This document shows positions 37,852 through 45,853 of a stretch of DNA of 64,000 bases, one piece after another (the stretch's first letter is position 1; the number at the start of each line of letters is the position of its first letter). Both the position numbers and the translations under genes were made by a program. The notes below the pieces were generated by a model. The model was not told the DNA's origin. It ran no database searches and was given only the letters and a program-made list of their open reading frames with translations. Source of the stretch: an uncultured Pseudomonadales bacterium (lineage in GTDB: Bacteria > Patescibacteriota > Microgenomatia > UBA1400 > PJMF01); NCBI GenBank assembly GCA_964393205.1, contig CAYMSV010000001.1:103440-167439 (forward strand), written 5' to 3'.

Positions 37852-38847
37852 ATGCAACTAACCTGCCCAAAAAAGAATATTAAGATTCTTATTTTTCTTT
37901 TAAGTTTATTTATATTTACTTTCAGTTTGAAATCGGTGGCTATCGCCCAGGAGGCTTTGTCCTTGACAGTGAAGCCGGTCAGAATTGGAGATGATAATTC
38001 TTTACTTCTAAGTCCTGGTGAAAAAAAACAAATTCAAGTGAAGGTAGAAAACAACTCTCAAATGGACTTACAAATAGAGAGTCAAGTTTTAGATTTTATT
38101 GTGGCTCAAGACGGAACAACCCCGATTCCTGTTACAGAAGAACAAGATAACCGCTGGAGTTTAGCTAGTTGGATGACTCTGGCACCAGCAAGTAATTTTT
38201 TACAAGCTGGTGGGTCAGCAACCGTTAATGTTTTAATTGAAGTGCCCGAGGATGCTCTTCCTGGGGGTCGTTATGCTATGGTGTTACACAGTCCTGATGT
38301 AGGAGGAGTTGAAGACCAAACTGGAGCTGGTATTGCTCAGCGAGCAGGTACTTTGATTTATGTGATAATTGATGGTCCAATTAATGAATTAGCCTATGTT
38401 AACTTTTTTAGAGTGCCTGGATTTTTAGAAAAAGGACCAGTGCCTATGGAAATTAAGATTAGAAACGAATCAGACGTTCACATTACACCAACCCCGCAAA
38501 TTAAAGTTTTTAACATTTTTGGTAAAGAAATAGATAGATTGGTACTAGATCAGAAAAATGTTTTTCCTTTAACCGAGCGAGATTTTAGTGATGTTTGGCA
38601 GAAAAAATGGGGTTTTGGTCCCTACACTCTTAGGTTAGAAGCTGTCTACGGATTTCAAGGACAGGTGGCAAGTGCTGAAGCAGTAATCTGGTTAATACCA
38701 GTAACAATTATTATAATTGTTTTGCTTAGTATTTTACTGATTGTGGCTATAGTTTTGGCAATTAAGAAGAAACAAAGTCAGAAGGCACCATTTAAAGAGA
38801 TGCCAGAAGCTGAAACTCAGCCAATGGATGATCAAGATCAACAATAA
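37852..38847 (+). CDS. Cell-surface protein, paralog of 35248..36291 (signal peptide + Ig-like ectodomain + C-terminal TM anchor, DUF916/DUF3324-like)
   Basis: Signal AIA|QE; LSLTVKPVRIGDDNSLLLSPGEKKQIQVKVENNSQMDLQIESQVLDF parallels the motif in the 347-aa protein; C-terminal VTIIIIVLLSILLIVAIVLAIKKKQSQK. Confidence 0.5.
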   Translation: MQLTCPKKNIKILIFLLSLFIFTFSLKSVAIAQEALSLTVKPVRIGDDNSLLLSPGEKKQIQVKVENNSQMDLQIESQVLDFIVAQDGTTPIPVTEEQDNRWSLASWMTLAPASNFLQAGGSATVNVLIEVPEDALPGGRYAMVLHSPDVGGVEDQTGAGIAQRAGTLIYVIIDGPINELAYVNFFRVPGFLEKGPVPMEIKIRNESDVHITPTPQIKVFNIFGKEIDRLVLDQKNVFPLTERDFSDVWQKKWGFGPYTLRLEAVYGFQGQVASAEAVIWLIPVTIIIIVLLSILLIVAIVLAIKKKQSQKAPFKEMPEAETQPMDDQDQQ

Positions 38848-41035
38848 AAAACGATTATTGAGATTTAAAAAAAATAAAAGCTTTCTTATTACTCATCAAT
38901 TATGTAGAAAGCTTTTATTTTTTCTTTTACTATTCTTTATATTTTCAAAAGCAAGTTTTGCGCAAACTGTAGATCCTGTAACTAGAAATGTAATAGTGTC
39001 AGCTAGTATTCCTGATACGATTCCTCCCTCAACACCAATTTTGATTACTCCAGAAGATGGAGCTAACGTTGATACGGCCCGTCCGGTTTTTCAGTGGTAT
39101 GAGAGTACAGACAATAAGGGCATGTCTCATTACGAATTTCGTCTAGATGGAAGATCTTGGTTTAACAATATTCCCCTATCTAGTTTTGCTAATGAAGATT
39201 ACAGTTTAAACTATGATGCCGGATCGGGAATTTATACTTTTGTAGCTAATCAAGATTTAAGTCATGGTACTCATCGTTGGCAAATTATTGCTTATGATCA
39301 GCTAAACAATAGTGCTGCCTCTACTATTTGGAATTTTAATGTTTTTGTTAATGAACCGCAGTTTACAATTAGGAAAATTGCGGATGTTAATACTAGTATA
39401 AGCTCCACCAATCCCTCAAGTGTTCCTGAGGAACCCATTACTCTTTTTTCAACTGATCCATTTGCTAATGAACCTTGGATTATAGCTCTAGGAGCTCCTA
39501 ATTTAGAGGTAGATTTAACAGTTATCATACCTAACAGTGCTGACCAATCTTTTAGCCAAGAGACCGATAGTAGTGGAAATTGGAGTTTACAGTTAGGTAT
39601 TTTACCTCGAGATGAGATAGTACGATTAGACTTTACTATTACTGACGTAGTTGGACACAAAAGCTATATTCGTGAGCTTTATATTATTATTAATCGGCAT
39701 TATTGGCCCCCCACCGCAATACCAACAGCGACAATTACCGAAACTCCTCCAACAACCGCTCCAACTTCTTTTATCTCTCCCAGTATTACTCCCAGTATCA
39801 CCACTTCTATTACACCAACTCAAGATCCAACTGTTACTCCGTCTATTACTCAAGCGAGCCCAGCGCCCGTAACTCCATTGCCCTCACCAGGTATTAGGGT
39901 GCCAATTATTCCACCAAAGGAAGTAGTTCATGATTTAGTTGAAGACGTTAAAAGAAGTTTGCCTGATCGAATAGCCAACTTAATGACTGATTTTAGTGGA
40001 TCGCCTATATGGAAAGCTGTAAATAATTTTTCAGCCATAGCTTTAGCTTTGCTATTGCCAATTGCCAGTTATTTGTTTGTGTTATTTAAGTTTTATCAAT
40101 CTTTTTCAATAAAAACCTTTCAAGAGGTTCTGATGGCCTTATGGCCTTGGTCTAAAAAAAGAAAAAATTTAGTATTTGAGTATCGCAATAGTCAGGCTGC
40201 TCCTTTGGTGAAAGTGGAACTAATAGACGCTGAAACGAATGAAGTTTTAGATTGGCAAATAACTAACTATTTAGGACGATTTATTAACTTTGATTGGCCG
40301 ACGGGACGTTCTCTCAAATTGAGAGTGAAAGATCATAATTTCTATTTTCCAATAGGTGGTGGTAAGCCACTTTATTTATCTTGGCACAATTTTTATCAGG
40401 GAGAAACTTTTAATTATCAAGAAGCCTCAAAAAATAAAAAAGTTGCTGCAAACATATTTGCTGGTCGACGAGCTCTAGCGATCCCTACGCTTTTGGCTCA
40501 AGGCAAACATAACCTACCCCTAATTGAGCGCCTCAGGGTTGTTTTGGCCTATTTAGTGACCTATCCAAGCTGGTTTTTTCTACTAAGTTTGTTTCCTGTG
40601 TTAATTTTAGTATTGAGGTATCCAAGCTTTTTGAATTATTTAGCACTTGTTTATTATTTTATAGTAGCATTCTTTAAACACGCTAATCGTTTAGGAAAAA
40701 AGACTTGGCAGTTTAGAGTATTAACCAGCAATGGCCACAAAGTTAATCAAAACCTAATACTTATCACTAATGATTTAATAAAAGGATATTCTCAAGCTCA
40801 AATAGTAAATATCAATGAGGCTTTGAGTCCTAAATTAAAATTTGTGAAAAATGAATTTATTTTTAGCTTACAAACAAAGGATTATGCCTTGTGGGATAGT
40901 CAGCGTGCAATTAGTGAAATGGAATATAGTCTTAGAAGAGAATCAATTGGTGAGTTTAAATTACATCTAATTGAAAGTTCTAATCACAGCCTTAGGATTT
41001 TGCAACCCCTTTGTCAATTATTGCACCAGCAATAA
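38828..41035 (+). CDS. Large envelope protein: signal peptide, FN3/Ig-like domain, Pro/Thr/Ser/Ile-rich linker, CarbopepD_reg-like beta-sandwich, C-terminal polytopic membrane domain
   Basis: Signal SFA|QT; PVFQWYESTDNKGMSHYEFRLDG (FN3-like); linker TITETPPTTAPTSFISPSITPSITTSITPTQDPTVTPSITQASPAPVTPLPSPG; LIDAETNEVLDWQITNYLGRFINFDWPTGRSLKLRV; at least 4 TM helices at C-terminus. Confidence 0.5.
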   Translation: MIKINNKKRLLRFKKNKSFLITHQLCRKLLFFLLLFFIFSKASFAQTVDPVTRNVIVSASIPDTIPPSTPILITPEDGANVDTARPVFQWYESTDNKGMSHYEFRLDGRSWFNNIPLSSFANEDYSLNYDAGSGIYTFVANQDLSHGTHRWQIIAYDQLNNSAASTIWNFNVFVNEPQFTIRKIADVNTSISSTNPSSVPEEPITLFSTDPFANEPWIIALGAPNLEVDLTVIIPNSADQSFSQETDSSGNWSLQLGILPRDEIVRLDFTITDVVGHKSYIRELYIIINRHYWPPTAIPTATITETPPTTAPTSFISPSITPSITTSITPTQDPTVTPSITQASPAPVTPLPSPGIRVPIIPPKEVVHDLVEDVKRSLPDRIANLMTDFSGSPIWKAVNNFSAIALALLLPIASYLFVLFKFYQSFSIKTFQEVLMALWPWSKKRKNLVFEYRNSQAAPLVKVELIDAETNEVLDWQITNYLGRFINFDWPTGRSLKLRVKDHNFYFPIGGGKPLYLSWHNFYQGETFNYQEASKNKKVAANIFAGRRALAIPTLLAQGKHNLPLIERLRVVLAYLVTYPSWFFLLSLFPVLILVLRYPSFLNYLALVYYFIVAFFKHANRLGKKTWQFRVLTSNGHKVNQNLILITNDLIKGYSQAQIVNINEALSPKLKFVKNEFIFSLQTKDYALWDSQRAISEMEYSLRRESIGEFKLHLIESSNHSLRILQPLCQLLHQQ

Positions 41036-42122
41036 CTAACAAATTTAACTTATCTTTTTTATAAAAAACTGCGGCTTGACCGCTGGCTGGAGCAAAGATT
41101 TTTTTATCTGTTCTTACAAGGATTTCATTTTTAATTTTTTTTACTTGGCAAGAAATTAATTGACCACTGTTGCGAATTTTAACTAAAGCAGAAAATTTTT
41201 CCTTTTTTTCCCATGATTTTTGATCCTGTTCTTTAATAAAGACCAAGTTTTTAATTGTAAATTCTTTTTTAAAACAAAGGTTTGCTTTTGCTACCACCAA
41301 TTGATTAGTTTTTTTCAGTTTATCTATGACAGCTAAAGCCGGGGGTTTATTTTTGGAAAAGCTAATTGCTTGACTATTTTTTAAGGCTTGATGATCGATA
41401 TTAAAACCTCGACGTTGGCCCAATGTATAAAAAGCTAATCCCTGGTGCTTACCAATGATTAAGCCTTTTTGGTCAATAATATCGCCCGATTTTTTTTGTA
41501 AATTTTCATTCAAAAATTCTTTTAAATTACTGTCTTTTAAAAAACAGATGTCAAAAGATTCTCGGTTCAAACAATCCAAATTATTTTTTTTAGCAATTTT
41601 TTTGACTTCTGATTTTTTTAAATTACCAAGTGGAAACAAAAGTTGGGCTAATTGTTTTTCTTGAAGTTGATACAAGAAGTAGCTTTGATCTTTATCTTGG
41701 TCTTCAGCAGCTGCTAGATAATAAGCATCCAATTTTTTAATAATTTTGGCATAATGACCAGTGGCCAAATGACTAAAGCCTTGTTCTTTAGCCCAATCAA
41801 ACAGGTAGCCAAATTTGAGAAGCTTGTTACAAACAGTGCAAGGATTAGGAGTATGTCCCTTTTGATAATTATTCAGCAAATAATCAACCACACATTTTTT
41901 CTGTTTTTGGGAGTAATCTAGAGTAATAAATGGAATTTTTAAGGATTGAGCAATTTGTTTAGCTATTTTACTTTCCTGAATAATTCGTTTTTTTTGTTCT
42001 TGATTACGAGCATACAGTTTTAAATAAACTGCACTAACATCAAAATTTTCTTTTTTTAATAAATAAGCAACAGTGCTGGAATCAACTCCTCCGGAAAGAG
42101 CAAGTAAAATTTTTTTTGACAT
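40992..42122 (-). CDS. mnmA: tRNA-specific 2-thiouridylase MnmA
   Basis: PP-loop ALSGGVDSS, catalytic Cys region (…NPCTVCNK…), C-terminal beta-barrel; 376 aa. Confidence 0.9.
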   Translation of the reverse strand: MSKKILLALSGGVDSSTVAYLLKKENFDVSAVYLKLYARNQEQKKRIIQESKIAKQIAQSLKIPFITLDYSQKQKKCVVDYLLNNYQKGHTPNPCTVCNKLLKFGYLFDWAKEQGFSHLATGHYAKIIKKLDAYYLAAAEDQDKDQSYFLYQLQEKQLAQLLFPLGNLKKSEVKKIAKKNNLDCLNRESFDICFLKDSNLKEFLNENLQKKSGDIIDQKGLIIGKHQGLAFYTLGQRRGFNIDHQALKNSQAISFSKNKPPALAVIDKLKKTNQLVVAKANLCFKKEFTIKNLVFIKEQDQKSWEKKEKFSALVKIRNSGQLISCQVKKIKNEILVRTDKKIFAPASGQAAVFYKKDKLNLLVIAGAIIDKGVAKS

Positions 42123-42124
42123 AG

Positions 42125-43108
42125 TTAGAAAATAAAGTTACGTTTAGCCAAAACCTTAACTCTTTTTTGATAAGCTAATGGATCATAGGTATAAAATTTG
42201 GGTAATAGAGCTTGGTAACTTGGATTCATTTTTTGAGCTTTTGCAATATCCTCAATGGCTAATTTTCCATAATATAGGAGACTGGGATTATATTGGTGGT
42301 TTTTTAAATATTTTAAAACTTGCTCAAAACCTTCTAGGTAAACAAAGCTTTTGCTGAAGCCTCCTGGCAAACTAGTGTCTGTTAAGCCTCTTTTATTTTT
42401 TAGAGCATAAGACCAAGATTTTTGAGAATCTTGTAAATATTCGTAGAAAAAAGCGTAGACCGTTTTAAAATCTTTTTTTTGAGCTACTTGAGCGCCCAAA
42501 TAGGATAAAGCAGTTTTAAAAATCAATTGTTGTTCGCTGTTTAAATATTGATGAATAACAGCCAATCCTTCTTCGGTACGCAAATGATTGCTAAATCCAT
42601 AGTGTTTTTTACGACGGTACCAGTCTTGTTTCTCATAATTTTCTTGACGCAGGATATGGGTGCCTATTTCATGATCTAGAGTATTACTTAATTTTTGTTT
42701 AGAAAAAGCAACAGGCAATCTAACTTTAATCGTATTATTTTTGAAATTAACAGCAAATCGACTAGTAAAATCTTTATCAAAGACTAGCTGATATTTTTTA
42801 TTCAATGAATATTCAGCTAAATATTTCTCAATGATTTGAGATGTAGTTTTAGTATCTAATTTTTCATTTGATAGTTGGTTTTTTTGAAAAAGGTTTTCTT
42901 TTTTAGCCTGTTTAATAATTTTTTTAGCTAAACGAGAATAGCGCCAACGAGACCTACCATAAAAATCCAAATCGCTTTGTTTTATTGTTGTTTGATATTT
43001 AAATTGAGGGTTGTAGTTAGTATTATTGGCAAAAAATTTTTCTTTTTCTGCTAACAAATTAACTGGTACTAATTCACTAAGTTTAAGCATTTTGACTATT
43101 AGGATCAA
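42125..43108 (-). CDS. DUF1704 / QEGLA-motif protein (putative zinc metallopeptidase; 'flavohemoglobin expression-modulating QEGLA motif protein' family)
   Basis: Contains …LRTEEGLAVIHQYL… (QEGLA-like motif) and a potential metal-binding LDHEIGTH segment; 26-nt overlap with the upstream ATP-grasp gene. Confidence 0.55.
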   Translation of the reverse strand: MILIVKMLKLSELVPVNLLAEKEKFFANNTNYNPQFKYQTTIKQSDLDFYGRSRWRYSRLAKKIIKQAKKENLFQKNQLSNEKLDTKTTSQIIEKYLAEYSLNKKYQLVFDKDFTSRFAVNFKNNTIKVRLPVAFSKQKLSNTLDHEIGTHILRQENYEKQDWYRRKKHYGFSNHLRTEEGLAVIHQYLNSEQQLIFKTALSYLGAQVAQKKDFKTVYAFFYEYLQDSQKSWSYALKNKRGLTDTSLPGGFSKSFVYLEGFEQVLKYLKNHQYNPSLLYYGKLAIEDIAKAQKMNPSYQALLPKFYTYDPLAYQKRVKVLAKRNFIF

Positions 43109-44381
43109 TTAGAAAACCATCTAAATCTTGGCGGCCAAGTTCTAGCTTATGTTGACGATGATTTAGTTTCTTACTAACTAACATGGTGGTTTTAACAATG
43201 TGACCTTTTAATTTAAATTTAACTTCCACGACAGGCAAACTACCTTCTTCTTTTTCTTTTTGAAACCACAATAAATCTTCTAGGTCTAATAAACCTAGTT
43301 CACCAGCCAAATCACGAGCAATAGCACTATGAAGTCGTCCAGTATTAATAAAAGCTGAAGTGGAAATTCCTTGTTTTTTTTCACCATACAGAATAATTTC
43401 TTCTCGCAAATTAATTTTAGTAATTTCATTTTTTATTTTAACTCGATTTGAAAAATCACTGGCAAATAAAGCCTGGGCAATTTTTACTCCATGTTCGGGA
43501 TTAATGACATTTAGACCTTCTACTCTTTCTAATCGACGACGCATGCCGGCACGATTGGCAGCTTGAATTGATAATCCTGGTGTGGCATTAAGTTCAACCA
43601 CCATTGGACCTTTAGTCTTATGTAAGAAAATGTCGATTCCAGAAAAGGCCAGATCTGCGACTTCGCTGGCTTGGACGGCGGTTAATAAGGCTTTGTACCA
43701 ATTGGGAATAGTAATGCCGTTAAGCTTTTTTTTGGTTCCTGGTAAATATTGAATATTTTGTTTTTTATGAGCAACGGCATGAGTGGTAATACCACTAGCA
43801 ATATCAATTCCTACAGCAATTGCTCCCTGTGTAACATTAGCGCGACCCGCAGACTCTTCAGTAGGTAAACGTAACATGGCCATAACAGGTACACTGTTGA
43901 AAACAATAACTCTAATATCGGGTGTGCCCTTATAAGAATATTTTAATAACTTAGGATGAATTGGAATACGTTCTTCAATAATAACGTTATGATTGGTGCC
44001 GTGAATGCTATATTGTCCAGCCAAAATGTTTCTGCAATGTAATTTGATGTCGTCTTCATCCCACTTTTCTCCTAAAACATCTAACCAATACTGGCTATTA
44101 ACTTTATTTCTAAAGGCAATAACACCAGTGCCGGCATGACCATTAGTGGGTTTGATAACAAAATCACCCTCTAGTTTTTGCCAATTAAAATCATTAACGT
44201 CTTCATCGGTGCCTAAAATGCCATAGATTTCTGCAGAGGGAATATTATTGTCGTTTAATAATATTTTAGTGGCGTATTTAGAACGAGCGATAGCTTTAGC
44301 TTTACGAGAATTACGACTCACATATAAACTGTTGCGAGCATTGATGCCTAGGAGGTCGCTGGCTGTGGCTTGTTTAGTCAT
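43083..44381 (-). CDS. ATP-grasp ligase, RimK-like ('alpha-L-glutamate ligase-related protein' family)
   Basis: ATP-grasp elements (…FVIKPTNGHAGTGV…, …RLPTEESAGRANVTQGAIAVGID…, …MVVELNATPGLS…); 432 aa with extra C-terminal domain. Confidence 0.6.
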   Translation of the reverse strand: MTKQATASDLLGINARNSLYVSRNSRKAKAIARSKYATKILLNDNNIPSAEIYGILGTDEDVNDFNWQKLEGDFVIKPTNGHAGTGVIAFRNKVNSQYWLDVLGEKWDEDDIKLHCRNILAGQYSIHGTNHNVIIEERIPIHPKLLKYSYKGTPDIRVIVFNSVPVMAMLRLPTEESAGRANVTQGAIAVGIDIASGITTHAVAHKKQNIQYLPGTKKKLNGITIPNWYKALLTAVQASEVADLAFSGIDIFLHKTKGPMVVELNATPGLSIQAANRAGMRRRLERVEGLNVINPEHGVKIAQALFASDFSNRVKIKNEITKINLREEIILYGEKKQGISTSAFINTGRLHSAIARDLAGELGLLDLEDLLWFQKEKEEGSLPVVEVKFKLKGHIVKTTMLVSKKLNHRQHKLELGRQDLDGFLIDPNSQNA

Positions 44382-44393
44382 AGTTGACTTTTC

Positions 44394-45440
44394 TTATTCT
44401 TCTAGTCCTGAAAAATCATCAGTCATAAATTTTTTAAATTTTTGGGACTGACTTTTGTTACTAAGCAAGTCTTTGAAGCGAAAATATTCAAAGATTCTTA
44501 GTCCGGTGTAGCGACCGATAGCTAGATTAATCACTGTTACCAGTAGAATGGTTAATTCAGGTTTTAAAATAACAAATTTCCTGACGGTTTCATTATCTAC
44601 CAACAAAGTACCAACAATTGCCAATATCAATGTTTCAAAAGTTACGCTGAGAGCCTCTCCTCTGCTAGCAAACATTTGAGTGGTCATAAAGTTCTCAGTA
44701 AGCAAAATAATAATAAGCAATGGGAAGATGCTTACATTAAGCACTAAATCAATTTTGAATAAAGAACCAATAATCAATAAAAATAATATTGACATCGAGA
44801 CAATGAGTAGGAGCATAGCTGTTTTTGGCAAGAGTGGCATTTTTAAAAACTTTACTAGATATCTAGCTAAAGTTGCTGATAAAAGTACAGCTAAAAACAA
44901 AATAATGCCCGCTAGTAGACCAGTAGATACAAAAGCTACTGATAAAACTGCTGGAATATAAATACCAAAACCTTTAAAACCAATTACATGTCTAGCTAAG
45001 GCTACAATTGAAGCAATGACTGGAAAAATTAGCATAATTACTACTAAGCTAGTTGGTAAACCTTGAGCAACAGCAAGACGAATAGCTTTTTGTAGAAAAT
45101 TAGTTGGACTAAGTGGACCAATAGGATTTTCATCTAAATGTGCTGCTAAAACACTTTTTTGTCTGCCCGTAGTTTCAGTAATGTCTTCGTCAGTTTTTTG
45201 TTGAATTTTTTCTACTATTTCTGCTGATGGCGAGGATAATTTAACACTATCGCTTGCCTCTGCTTCTTCAGTTGCCTCTTCAATTACTTCTAAATTTTCT
45301 AGATCTTCTCCTTCAAATTGAATGGGATTAATGGTTTGAGCGTAAATTTTTTGCTGTTTTAGATTTGGCCAAAAAGCCAGAACAAGAAAGGCAAAAATAA
45401 AAATCAATAAATAAGTGGGTAAGATTTTTTTAAAATTCAT
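44394..45440 (-). CDS. Signal peptide + periplasmic segment + about 7 TM helices membrane protein (7TM family that is usually fused to an inactive transglutaminase)
   Basis: N-terminal signal, acidic about 100-aa extracytoplasmic region, then 6-7 TM helices; immediately upstream of ATP-grasp/DUF1704 pair. Confidence 0.4.
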   Translation of the reverse strand: MNFKKILPTYLLIFIFAFLVLAFWPNLKQQKIYAQTINPIQFEGEDLENLEVIEEATEEAEASDSVKLSSPSAEIVEKIQQKTDEDITETTGRQKSVLAAHLDENPIGPLSPTNFLQKAIRLAVAQGLPTSLVVIMLIFPVIASIVALARHVIGFKGFGIYIPAVLSVAFVSTGLLAGIILFLAVLLSATLARYLVKFLKMPLLPKTAMLLLIVSMSILFLLIIGSLFKIDLVLNVSIFPLLIIILLTENFMTTQMFASRGEALSVTFETLILAIVGTLLVDNETVRKFVILKPELTILLVTVINLAIGRYTGLRIFEYFRFKDLLSNKSQSQKFKKFMTDDFSGLEE

Positions 45441-45459
45441 AATGGTTCGTGTTACAACT

Positions 45460-45822
45460 TTATAAGATGAAATTAATAGTTCTTTGACAAAAACTAATTA
45501 GACTGGAAACTAAAAGTAGACTAAAAAATTGATTTAGGCGTAAACCAAAGACAATCATTGGGGCAATATTAAAGCCTGGTACAAAATAAGTAGCCAGCCA
45601 AAGGATAAAAACACTAATAACCATAGAAAATAAGCCAAGAGTGACAATATTAATAGGTAAAAAAAGAAGTTTTAAAATTGGTTTAATAATTTTTTCAAGG
45701 ATAGTCAGGACGATAGCGGCTAAAATAAGAGTAAAATAGCTACTATAGCCAACATTAGGTAAAGCCCAGGCTAAAATAGCAATGGTGGCGATTAATACAA
45801 TAACTGGCTTAAGTATTTTCAT
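45460..45822 (-). CDS. Small 4-TM membrane protein, DUF360/'phage holin family 4'-like
   Basis: 120 aa, four hydrophobic helices, …ATYFVPGFNIAPMIVFGL… resembles the VPGF motif of PF04020 proteins. Confidence 0.45.
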   Translation of the reverse strand: MKILKPVIVLIATIAILAWALPNVGYSSYFTLILAAIVLTILEKIIKPILKLLFLPINIVTLGLFSMVISVFILWLATYFVPGFNIAPMIVFGLRLNQFFSLLLVSSLISFCQRTINFIL

Positions 45823-45853
45823 AAAATAGCTCTATATTTAGCTTTTCTTCTTG

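Noticed and set aside
39700-39900. Near-repetitive nucleotide tract (cccagtattact/cccagtatcacc…)
   Set aside because: It is the coding sequence of the PSITPSITTSITP Pro/Thr/Ser/Ile linker of the 735-aa protein, not a CRISPR array or a regulatory tandem repeat.
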